The notes under the pieces: model-generated
Database searches by the model: none
What the model saw: the letters and a program-made list of their open reading frames with translations, nothing else
What the model was told of the DNA's origin: nothing
In this document: one piece after another, positions 52,465-64,000 of the stretch
How the letters are laid out: each line of letters begins with the position of its first letter
How positions within the stretch are numbered: position 1 is the stretch's first letter
Origin: Octopus vulgaris
Lineage: Eukaryota
Reading direction: 5' to 3'
Assembly (NCBI GenBank): GCA_951406725.2
Contig: OX597815.1
Span: 147,250,001-147,314,000, forward strand
Length of the DNA: 64,000 bases
Made by a program: the position numbers and the translations under genes

Positions 52465-53677
52465 TATAACTTGTATATTATTGTACCGCTTTTATATTAC
52501 ATAGCATCTCAGAGTAGCAATTCTAGCTGTATAATTTATTAATCATCATACGTTGTGCTGTAATGCATAATCTAACGGCACCTTATACTAAAAGATATCT
52601 AATATCACATACCTTGATATTATCTACTGAACAGAAAATATTTATGTCTTCATGAAGCAATTCACTGCATGAGAGACGTCACAAAAGCTGAAGTTGTATT
52701 CATAGGCATGTGCCGTATGTCGACTTCTATAGTTAATAATGAAGCAAAACACCTTATAATATGAAAACACTGATTTACCCCATAAGTTTGAAGGATGTGA
52801 AACTGTTTGTATCTGCTCTTATGACATAATATCCATCGTGTAATCTATAAATATTTTCGAATATTTCAGTGAAAATTTAAACCTATGACATTTGAAAATG
52901 TAGAAATATAGATTAGTATATTTTGATAAATCTAGTAGTCTTCTGGAAATACAAAATAATAACTGTTATATAACTTAGTCTGTAAGACATCAAGTACACA
53001 AATTTATGGTAATGCAAATAGTAATGCAAAAATATAGCTCATAGGCTTAGAATACATTAGAATATTTAGCTAAAAGCGCGTCGTGTTTCTAACTGAAGTA
53101 CATCGGGAGGATTGTAACTCTAACCCCGAGTGTAGATTAATTAACCTCTCTTGATACGAGGTTGGTTTAATTAGGAAGAATATTTTGAGTAATATTAGCA
53201 ACAACATTTATTAATGCCAAGAGCTTCCAGTAATGGAACAACGGCAACACGGTTGGCAGTTGTTTGAATAATATTGATAATATAAATAGTTCTAAATTTA
53301 CCAATTTTAATATTGTCAAAATTCATTTATTATTTCTATATCATAGTTTATATATTATTTCAATATCTTTTCTCCAGTTGTCCTGAAATTTCACAAAGGC
53401 AGATTTCATTATGAATAATCAACGCGTATTGAAGCGAGAGAAAGGTGCATTTTAACAAAGCTTCTACCAACATCAGTATATTAAGTTTTTTCAACGTAAA
53501 TTTAGGGTCGTCGGGAAAAGGTTGTGTCTGAATCTATATTGCATTGGGGTATATTAATATAGGTGGATATTGTAGAACCCCTGCATAAATAAGTTACTCA
53601 TAAAATACTTCGGCTATTTAGAGAGGAAATAAATCTCTTCGTTACATCTTAATACGCAATAGCTCTATTTATTGCTA

Positions 53678-53884
53678 TTCTAGGTACAAGGCCCGAAACT
53701 TTTGGGGAGGAGGCCAGTCGATTAAATCGACCCCAGTATGCAACTGGTACTTAGTTTATTGAACCCAAATGGATGAAAGGCAGAGTCGACCTCGGCGGAA
53801 TTTGAACTCAGAACAAAAAGACAGACGAAATGCGGCTAAGTATTTCCCCCGGCCTGCTAACGTTTCTGCCGGCTCGCCCCCTTA
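53678..53884 (-). mobile_element. tRNA-derived SINE, family 2, full length
   Basis: Its reverse complement matches 26610-26823. Confidence 0.9.
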
Positions 53885-56808
53885 TGCAACAGATATGTTA
53901 GACACATAAAAAATACTTTACTTATTCTTATTCTTTCACTAACTTCAGCATAAATATATTTTACTAAGGAAAGAATAACTTAACCTTTATAGACGTTTGA
54001 GAACTGTTCCGTAAGGTATCTATAATTCTTTACAAATCTGTGGACAAAGCTTATAAGCTGGCTTATATCAATATTATGTATCATAGCAAAATACGTCTAA
54101 CTAATATAGTAAGTTGACGAATGTCAAATTTGTCTTTCACTAACAGTGTCTCCTTCAAGTTGTCTTTGGTTGATACAAACGAAATATTACTTATCCTACA
54201 CAAACACCGCTACAAACCAAGAAAGCAAAGCACAAGTGTTAATCGATAAGCATTTCCTTGTGGAACACATACATAGGAGAATTTAAACAGTGCTCTACTG
54301 GAGCAATTCACAAGTATATATTGGTAAGTAAAAAAATAATTTAGGCAAAATGCATACGTAGAAAATTGAAATCAAGGTAATTAATGAGGCATGTCATTTC
54401 CCCTATGAAGCACAACATAAATCATAATCTACTTAATGGGTCCTTGACACATTTCATGAGCACAACACTTAAATTTAATTGAAGCTTATATAAATATAAT
54501 TTTCTTTGCAGACATATAGACAAAAATGTTTACCGTAGGAATTGATTGAAATTTTCCAATTTGCACTGGCTACCAATGCCACAAGTTATTCCAATATGAT
54601 GAAGGCGTGCATAAACGATTAGGTAAAGATGGGAAATGGATTCACATAGTAGTCTCGATGTAGTTTTTGTATCAAATTTTAAAAATTTACTTTTAGTTAC
54701 TATTAAATTATTTCGCCTTTTTGTCCGTTTCATTTTTTTCTTATTCCTCACTCCTTCATTTATTTTACCATTTCCTTCTGTTTTAATTTCCTTATTATTG
54801 TTGCAATTATCATTATTAATTTACTGTTTTCGGTTTTGAAGTTGAAATATCTTATTTCAGTAGCTATAGGTTGTACCGTTTATAAGTTTGAAATTCCAGG
54901 ATGCTTCTACTCAGTGCTTTGTATATTTTGAATATTCTAGTATTGTGGCTACTTCAGTTCATCTAAGGTATGGTTAATAATGAATTATTTCATTAATTAT
55001 GAATGAAATAGTTACAATATATATTCTATAGAATCTTATATTAACTTAAGTATCGATTTTAACTTTATCCCCGTGATGGGACTCTTACATATTTCTGTAT
55101 TCTATTCTCATCAATCATTGCCGCATATCGATATATTGCATTGTGAGACTAAGTTTCGTTCTTCATCTCTTTAGGTTGACACTGATACTTACCATAGCAA
55201 CACCACTTTCAAATCTTCATGTATCTTATAAACGCCAGAAAATACTTAAAATTTATCAAAGCATTAATTTTATTGAAATCGTATAGAATAAAACTCCCAC
55301 ATCAGACGCGCTGCAGTTATGCACAAATATATTCTAAATCAAATATATTCCGGCGATTATTGCGAAATATCACGGACAAGCACATTTGCAAAAGAGATAG
55401 ATAAAATAAGGACCAGTCTTACAAAAAATAAGTACTGGAGTCGATTCATTGAAATAAATTTCCTCAAGGCTCTGCCCCAGCATGGCCGCCGTCAAGTGAG
55501 TGAAACAAAAATAAGATAAAAGATATTAGAACGTGTGCCACACATGCGTTTTATTTCGTGTGTCTATGTATTTTTCTTTTGTTGTCATAACAGTCTCTAC
55601 TACACGAAATTAAGTGATCTCGTGTGATCCCCTCTCAGATATAATCGGTTTATTCACTTTTTGTATAGTTGCCCCATTGTATCCGAGATACCAGGTTTCG
55701 ATCTAACTGCTAACCAAGTTTGTTCTTCCCAGAGCGTCAAACGTCTGCAATTCCCTCCCTGCTCATGTCATTTTGGCTATCAATTTCTTGAAAGAATTTC
55801 AGCAGTAAGTTGATGCCATTGATATCATTGAACGACGAAATAAATAATAATGATAAAAATAACATCAACAGTAGCAACAACAGAAACAACAAGAACAACA
55901 ACGATGATGATAATAATATGCATATATATATGTGTGTGTGAGTTTGAGTTGTCTGCCGACTAATTTGATCTTAGATCTTGTCGTGGTTCATATTCCTCAG
56001 AGAATGAAGATCTATATTTCTTTCATTTATATTCTGTTACAGCTTCGCAGACTTTTGTGAATTGCATCGTCTCATTTTCTGATCTTAAAATGTATGCGTA
56101 CTTTAATGGTCCCTTATGAATCCGTTTAGATTTTAAAACTTTAATACTATATAAATCCAAATTCAAATTATTCATACACACATATATGTGTATGAGTGTG
56201 TATTTCAATGTATGTATGTATGTATGTATGTATGTATGTATGTATGTATGTATGTATGTATGTATGTATGTATGTGTGTATGTATATATGTATATGTATA
56301 TATAATCTCTCTTTGTGTTTTCTCGCAATGATACTTCAGAAGACACAGATGAACTCATCGATCATCTGATGAACTATTATATTAATACTGATAGCTATCC
56401 ATTCCAAGGTTACCACGACAGGGACGTAGGGAATAATAAATCATATTGAATGGATCATTGCATGATTAACAATGGAGCATTTAGGTATTAAAAATTTACA
56501 AAAGACATTATCGTCACATAGCATGTAGGGAATCTATACAAAAGATTTTTCGTGGCTTTTCTCCTCAGAGATGGAACAAATTTATGGACGATACTTGTGA
56601 CTATCCTATGTTTTCTATTTTTTACATCTGACTGCTTCGTTAAGAGTTTTCATCTTATCGGGAATCGTCGATTACCTATAGTGAAATGTAAAAAGAACTT
56701 TTTTCAAGGAAAATATCCACAACCTTCCGCCTAAATAAACAACTATTGTCCCTGAAAGTTGTCTTTCATATTTACTACAGTTTGCTTGAAATCAACTTTC
56801 TCCTTATA

Positions 56809-56843
<35 letters not shown>

Positions 56844-57785
56844 TGTACATTTAAACACATAATAGGTATCCGTCATATGATTCCTTGCACGCTAGCAAGA
56901 GCAATTAAATCCAAACCACTATTAGGGATAAAACTTCGAAAGTAAAACAAAATAAAAACATTTACCATCTATCTCCTATACCATGATTTCAGACTTTTTT
57001 TAGAAAATAAAGTGATTTTAAATTCTAAATGTACACTGTATTTATATAAATAATATATAGTCTATTGACATTTTTTTTTACACTTCTGGCTACATGTAGT
57101 AAAACTTTCTAAAATGTTGTATTACCTTGATATTATTAATTATATATATACAGAGAGAAAGAGAGAGAGAGAGAGAGATAAGGAGAAGAAAGATTTTGAA
57201 CATTCAAAATGTGTTTATTTCTAGTTAGTTTATTCAGAATATTTGTCCGAAATGTGTTTCAATCTCAGTAGTTGGAATTTTTGCATAATTATATGCAGTG
57301 ATTTATGCCTCATTAGTAAGATCTCTTCAGAGCATATCAATATGACTTTGTTTGAAGGGGAATTTTCCTCCTTTATTAGTTTGGTTTAGGCTTAGTTCTA
57401 GTAGCAAGCCATGACGTTCTTGGATTAGATATTTTTCTTAACAGATTGTCTGGGTAAAATTCAGGAGCAAAGATCGTACTAATAATGTATAAATAGGTGT
57501 TTGTACGACATGCGGCAATAAATAGTGCAATCGAAACATATGTTGAACTATTATTATGAATAAACTAACTGGAAATAAACATAAAGTTCGAATGTTAAAA
57601 TTCTTCATTCCCTTTATTACCAATATTTCATTTCACACTCTAAGTAATTAAGAAATAAATTGTAACATCGAATGGGAGCTAAAGAGAGTTTACCTAAACA
57701 CACACCAACTGACCCAGTCTTGGCATTTTGGTAAGGGAAATTCGGTATCTGCCAGGATATCATATCCCACTTCTTTTTATATCTA

Positions 57786-57848
<63 letters not shown>

Positions 57849-57870
57849 ATATCTATCTACCTATCTATCA

Positions 57871-57937
<67 letters not shown>

Positions 57938-57961
57938 TATGTATATATATATACATATATA

Positions 57962-58010
<49 letters not shown>

Positions 58011-58479
58011 GTATGTGTGTGTGTGTTTGTGTGCGTACGGTTCGAAAAAATGCAAAAACAAAAGACACGGGCAGGTAACAGAACAGAAAACGGAGTATGT
58101 ATGTTTCACCCACTGGAAAGAATGGAAGAAAGCTTGCCGTTTCTAGGCTACGCTCTTCTAGGGAAAGCAATGATAAGAGACAACAAACGGAGAGAGGTAT
58201 TCTCTCTTACTGCTATTCTGTAGAAAATCGTAGGCTCGAAACGTCAGACTTCTTCCATTTTGCATGTGCGTCGGCATCTCTATCTTTTATTTTTACATAA
58301 TTTTCAACCATATTTTATGCGCTCATGTGGGCACCCAATTTTGATCCTGCTTGACCGATGCTCCCTCTGTCTTGGATTTTCATCTCCTTCCTTTCTACTC
58401 GCAATTTTGCCATTTTTCTGAACTTCTTTACCACCACTTTACCCGGATTACCAGTGGTACATTTTATTTCGTGGTTTCA

Positions 58480-58640
58480 TCAGACTTTACGTTCTGAGAT
58501 CAAATGCCGCCAGGGATCCTCGTTGCTTTGAATCCCTTCCATAAAATGAGCACCAGTTGAATACTGGGGAGTGGGGTGGTGGTATATTCGACCTGCCCCC
58601 ACCTACGAAATTTCCGGCCTTGTAATAAATTTGGAAATCA
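58480..58640 (+). mobile_element. Diverged family-2 SINE fragment
   Basis: ctttacgttctgagatcaaatgccgcc..ataaaatgagcaccagttga..aaatttccggccttgt. Confidence 0.55.
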
Positions 58641-58959
58641 ATATTTTGACAAATTCCTACTTATCACATATTTAGGAATAAAGCAGTGGGAAACTTAAAC
58701 TGCCAGCCGTAAAATATTAAAGGCAATAGTATTCAAAGATTTAGATGCTGTGAGGTCTGAGAAATCATTCATCTAAGACAAAGCAGATTTGAAAGAAGTC
58801 TAATTGTTGTTTGTTTATTAGCTTTCTTTTTTACATTTTCATTTCTCACGGCAACATCACCCATTAACTCTTTCAACTTTAATATTGTTTTTCTTTGCTA
58901 TTGCTGTGGACGGAGACCCCAATTAGTTGCGTTTCAGATGTAAGAATGGTTAGTACGCC

Positions 58960-59175
58960 TTACTCCGTAAAGTGCAAAGGGCCGGTTTTGTCGGTTTCTC
59001 TGGCGTATTTATCCCTTCCCCTTTATATAGGATGCCGATCCGTCGCAGAGTGCTACTGGAGCAATAAAAAGTGTTTTGTTCAAGAACACACCACATATTC
59101 CGATCAAGGTTTCGAAACTACATCTTTAAGATCACGATCCCAACACCCTAGCTACGAACCCATGGTCTTCCCCAG
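58960..59175 (-). mobile_element. Old tRNA-derived SINE (other family)
   Basis: The minus strand has a decayed tRNA-like head (tagggtgttgggatcgtgatc..gtttcgaaacc) followed by gtgttcttgaacaaaacactt. Confidence 0.45.
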
Positions 59176-59453
59176 ATGCTAGGGTATTAACGATAACTTT
59201 ACGATACGGTTTCATGCAAATTACCACAAAATCAATATTGATGTTAACCTAAGTCGGTGAGCCGGCAGAAACGTTAGCGCGCTGTCAGAGTCGGGCGTTA
59301 TTTTTTGAGCGGAAGGATGGAAAAAAAAGTGAAAAATTGTAAAAAAAGACGTAACGGGATCGAATCGCGGGAGGCGCTTGTCGATGCGTGCCGTTGCTTT
59401 ATAGAAGGAACGCTTCTCGTTACTTCTTACAGAAGGAGCGTCGACCCCCAGTC

Positions 59454-60740
59454 ATGGAGACTTACGCAGGGGTTGCCGCAACGAAGAGTGGCTCGTCGCT
59501 TGTGATAAGAGACGTGGCTTTCAATAAGGAACAAATAAAGAAATATGAGAAATATGTAAAAAGGGAGGGTGAAAGCGTCAAGCTGATCCCCTCAGCAGAA
59601 ACAACGAAGGAGAGAGACAACAAAATGATAATTTACAGGACACAAGACAAGAACACTAGGAAGCTAATGAGAGTACCGATAGAAGAGATAGAAAAGTGTC
59701 TGGGTGACATAATGGATAACGCAATGTATGTGAGCAAAGGGAAGAAATATGGTACGGTGGAAGTGAGGTGTGCAACAAGTGAAGAGGCGGCCTCGCTAGC
59801 TTCCACTGTACTCAGAGCGGAAAATTGTATTATGTTACCTACCTACAAAGGGAGAAGAGGTGTAAGAGTCAAGATCCAAAATGTAGCACTGGAGAAAAAA
59901 GACGGAATGGCTGGTGACAGCCATTCTAGGGTCGGCCGAAAATGAAAGAGAAGTGGGGTCGATCACAGAGACCAACGTCGTAAACTGGAAGGGATACGGT
60001 GTCGAGCTATGGCTAATGGCCACTATAGAAGATATCGAGAGAATTCCCTTCCAGATAGAGGTGGAAAATGGAAAGACAATTGGCGTAACTGTAGAGGGAA
60101 GAAGGTCGAACTGTTATTTGTGCGGAACTAGGGGCCATATAAGAAAAGAATGTCCTCTATATGAGTTTAAAGTGGAGAAAGAAATGGAACGAAATGAGAC
60201 AACAGAAGAGGTAAAGATAGAGAAGGAAAAAGAACAGGAAGATGAAAAGAATAGTGCACCAAAGGTAGAGAAAACACAATGTAGAGAAACAATCGAAAAC
60301 GAACCAAAGAAACAACAGAAAAGACATAAGATAGAGAGACAACAGACAGAGAACTAAAAAGACAAGAGAAAGAAAAGAAGGAAAGCAAGAAGAGAGAAGG
60401 AGAGAAACCAAGACAGGAGAATAAAGAAGAAATAAGTCCTAAAAGGAAGACAAATGAATACACAGAACGGAATCAGTATTACAAATATTATGGGACAATG
60501 ATAACTTACAAGTGCTGCCCTGAAATGAGCGACTTAACAAGTGAAACAAAAGGAGATACATGGGTTAATATGGGAACCGAGTGGGAGGAAACGGGTGCTC
60601 TAATCCCTGAGGACAGAGCCGATGAGTTTCTCGAGGCCGCCGGAGAAAACGTGATAAATTACTTGGAGTATCGATTGAGAATACGTCCACGTACAATGGA
60701 ATATTACGAAGATCTGGTGCATGTAAAAGGATACTTCTAA
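59454..60740 (+). pseudogene. Frameshifted ORF1/gag-like nucleic-acid-binding protein (~430 aa) with a CCHC zinc knuckle
   Basis: METYAGVAA N-terminus (SYA-like), VTVEGRRSNCYLCGTRGHIRKECP knuckle, a Lys/Glu-rich segment and a C-terminal domain ending at 60740. Frameshifts lie near 59900 and 60330-60355. Confidence 0.8.
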
Positions 60741-60777
60741 ATTTGTGTTAAAAAAAGAAAAACTCTACTTGCAATTC

Positions 60778-61113
60778 TGTGAAAATGTATTTCGAAATTC
60801 TGGGAAATGTATTTTGAAATTAATGTAAAATGTTTGTTGAAATTTTGTGAAATGTATGTTTAAAATTATGTGAAATGTATTTTGAAAATGTATTTTGAAA
60901 TATTGAGAAAAGTATTTTGAAATTCTGTAAAATGTTTGTTGAAATTTTGTGAAATGTATTTTGAAAATATATTTTGAAATATTGTGCAAAGTATTTTGAA
61001 ATTCTGTAAAATGTTTGTTGAAAATTTGTGAAATATATTTTGAAAATGTATTTTGAAATATCGTGAAATGTATTTTGAAATTCGGTGAAATGTATTGTTA
61101 AAATTTTGTGAAA
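60778..61113 (+). repeat. Minisatellite of gtgaaatgtattttgaaa-like subunits with a 79-bp higher-order period
   Basis: tgaaat(g/a)tattttgaaaat recurs at 60871, 60950 and 61029. Confidence 0.85.
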
Positions 61114-64000
61114 GAACTGACGAAAATGTAACCACCCGATTTCGGGGATCGAGTGGGCATTACACCTCATTGTAAATATATTTTCATAACTCATTATTAT
61201 CTTTATTTTCTTCGTCTTTTTTCATTCGCTTTTATTATTTTAAGTTCCCCGGATGTTCTGTCCCCGTCTATGTTGGCCCCTTGTGGGTAATAAAGAAATC
61301 AGAAACGTTAGCACACCGGGCGAAATACTTATTTCGTCTGTTTTTACCTTCTGAGTTCAAATTCCGCCGAGGTCGACTTTGCCTTTCATTCTCTCGGGGT
61401 GGATAAATTAAGTATCATTTGCATACTGAGGTCCATCTGATCAAGTGGATTCTCCCCAAAAGTTTTGTGCCTTGTGCCTACAGTAGAAAAGAATATTGAT
61501 ATTAACCTAGGTAGGGAAAGAATTCAAATGGAAATGTTTGTAATGGATGTAATGAAAAGATGTAAAAAATATATTTTAGTTGTTGAGAATCTTCTAATGA
61601 ATTGTAAAGATAATAATAATTATAGTTTTGTCGAAGTTTTGCCACTGGACAAGCAAACAAACACAAGTATACTTTTATGCATTCATATATAAAATACAGT
61701 CTGTGTGCGCAAGTTTATATATCTCCATCTATGCAGATGAGAAAACCCTATTATGATTATTAATAACGTTTTTTATAAACTTCCCTAAGGAAGTCACAAC
61801 TCGGAAAGATGAACTGAAAATGATCAATGTCCCTGACATGGTTCCTCATACAGTTTCCTATGACTTTAGAATGAAGTGGCTTTGGACAAAGACAAAGAAC
61901 ATATGCTCATTCATTCAACGCTTGAAAATGTATTTTCATACCTGATAGCAGACGCAATGACGCTGTGCTCTGCAGAATATGCGCACACGCAGATTTATGC
62001 GCACAGACAACACGCAGACTGCACGCGCATACACACAAGATTCTGTAATGTAAATTCACGCAAAAACATTTCGGTTTCCATGCCCTCATTAAACTCTGAA
62101 ATACTTTGGTTTTTCAAGTTCTATATGGACTTCTTGTTTAGGAATGACTATATCTGTTTAAGGAATGGGGTGCTGGTGATGTATAGGCATATTATGAGTA
62201 GCATAAAATGAGTTGTAAGAAAAAAAAAACAGAAGCGGATATATCGGGGAAAAGACAAGAAGCTTTATACGTCTACAGTGACAGAATGCAGAGGTAAAAT
62301 GAAAAACACTTTTTCTGGTTTCACAACAAAGGTTTGGTTCCGGTTATGTGGTGGCATCTGCAAAGTTGGTTTTATTTAATTTCAGGGAATGTCGTTCTTT
62401 TTTATTGGTTATCCTTTCCAATCAAAGTATAGAGGAAAGTCTGGCTTCTCAGTGTTAGGCTGATATATGTTCAGTAGGCAAATGGCTCACATTGAAGCCT
62501 CATATTTGTTCTAGCCAACGTTTTAGGTCCAATAAATTTTTGAAATGACTTGTAAGACGATCTGGTTTAATATAAAATATAAGATCTCTTTTGGTGTATA
62601 TCTATACATCTCTAAGAAAGATTCGTGTGTGAATATGTTTGTATGAATATATAAATAAATATGTATATATATTTGCATATATGTATATATATATATGTGT
62701 GCGTGTATAAATATATATACATACATACATACATATATACATACATACATACATACATATACATACATACACACACACAAACACATACACACACACACGC
62801 ACACACACACATATATATATATACACAAATAATGACAGAGAAAGAAGAAGAGAAAGAGAGAACAAGAACCATTTGTATGAGTACGCTACATACATGCGTA
62901 GGCAGTTGCATTTATGTTAAACTCTATAGAGTGATTGTGCACATATTTATATATAACTTGGCGCAAAACTTGCAGATTCCTGACTCTACATTCATCCCTC
63001 ATGCATGCGTGCTGTATATCATATTTCTAAGTCCACAGAAATCTTTTTCTTTCAAGTTTACAGGAGCATTTTGTTCGTATATTTTTAAAATATACTTTTC
63101 AAATCCCTATAAGTTAGACGATTTTTGTTAATTTATACTGCGTGAATTTAGGTCGAAATATTTTATTAAACATACAAATTAGATACTGTGCGAAGTCACT
63201 TGTCTGGGAGAAAGTTCTGTTTCGTTTATAGACTAGCAGGTATTAACTAATACGATCTAGAACACAAACAGAAAAGGGTCTATCTGGATGAGAACGCAGG
63301 ATGTAGAGTACCGTATTAACTAAATATCACAAGCATAATTCATCGAGAGTAACACCGATTCTTTTGTAGACAATACGAGCTTGCTTTAAATATTGAATAG
63401 TTGCATCTGTTCTCTGACTAATGTTATCTGAAATTGTCTCACGACTCTATTTGTTGTAAATAACGAAGATCTATCTTGCCAAAATTCATGAAAATGAAGA
63501 ATGGTTAGGAAATTAATTGAGAATATTTAAATACATGTTTTTAGTAGGAAATTGTAAATCTGTTTTAATGTTAGCTAAAAGTTTAGTTGATGCAGAATAA
63601 AATAAATCTTCCAATTATTAGCTGAAATGTATCGGAACAAAACAAACATATGTTGAATATTCGCCATACAATAGCAATTCATCTTGATACTTAATGATTT
63701 AAAGGAGACGCACGTGCTATGAGTATTGTGGACAGATAGACTTATTACATTTATATTTACCGAGAGCAGTGTCGTACTAATCATTGGATGACAAATAGCT
63801 AAATTCCAAGAACTATCTACATATATTAGTGGAATGTATGTGCCAGAGTGTCAAACTTGCTTTAATGTCAAATAAACCAAGAGTTCATTTCGGATTCAAT
63901 TCCGATTTGAATCTATTTTTGTAAATCCATGTCTACATTTCATTCTGGACAGTAGGCAGGCCACATATTTTAATCAAACATAGGATTAAATAATTATTTA

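Larger units (their letters stand above)
59279..61299 (+). mobile_element. ORF1-only non-autonomous retroelement (HAL1-like; L1/Tx1-type ORF1)
   Basis: Perfect 13-bp TSD cagaaacgttagc at 59266-59278 and 61300-61312. It has a short 5' UTR, a gag-like ORF, a repetitive 3' UTR and the tail ..gccccttgtgggtaataaagaaat. No RT or endonuclease is visible. Confidence 0.8.
59252..61491 (+). mobile_element. Family-2 SINE split by a nested 2-kb insertion
   Basis: The 5' piece agtcggtgagccggcagaaacgttagc lies at 59252-59278 and the remainder at 61300-61491. The outer direct repeat aatattgat(g/a)ttaaccta is at 59234-59251 and 61492-61509. Confidence 0.88.

Noticed and set aside
60778-61113. CRISPR-like array
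   Set aside because: The repeats are contiguous and degenerate with no unique spacers, the context is eukaryotic, and there are no cas genes.

Overview
This is AT-rich, microsatellite-dense animal genomic DNA. The SINE and LINE families match what I recall from octopus (coleoid cephalopod) genomes; that assignment is from memory and not a database search. I cannot support any intact host protein-coding gene, tRNA or rRNA, and nearly all long ORFs in the track are translated microsatellites or decayed transposon ORFs, so the window is probably intronic or intergenic. Recognisable content: many tRNA-derived SINEs from at least three families; a 5'-truncated CR1-type LINE (29.9-32.0 kb); R4/Dong-type LINE fragments, all inside (TAA)n; Tc1 and mariner relics; a 122-bp MITE with an 8-bp TSD; and a Neptune-like Penelope element with a ~600-bp inverted pseudo-LTR. 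The two most unusual signals are: (1) a ~2-kb, TSD-bounded retroelement at 59.28-61.30 kb that encodes only a zinc-knuckle ORF1 (no RT), sits inside the tRNA head of a SINE and shares its 3' tail with a SINE subfamily; and (2) a dispersed family of short, mostly (TA)n-associated non-coding elements carrying variant minimal hammerhead-ribozyme motifs.
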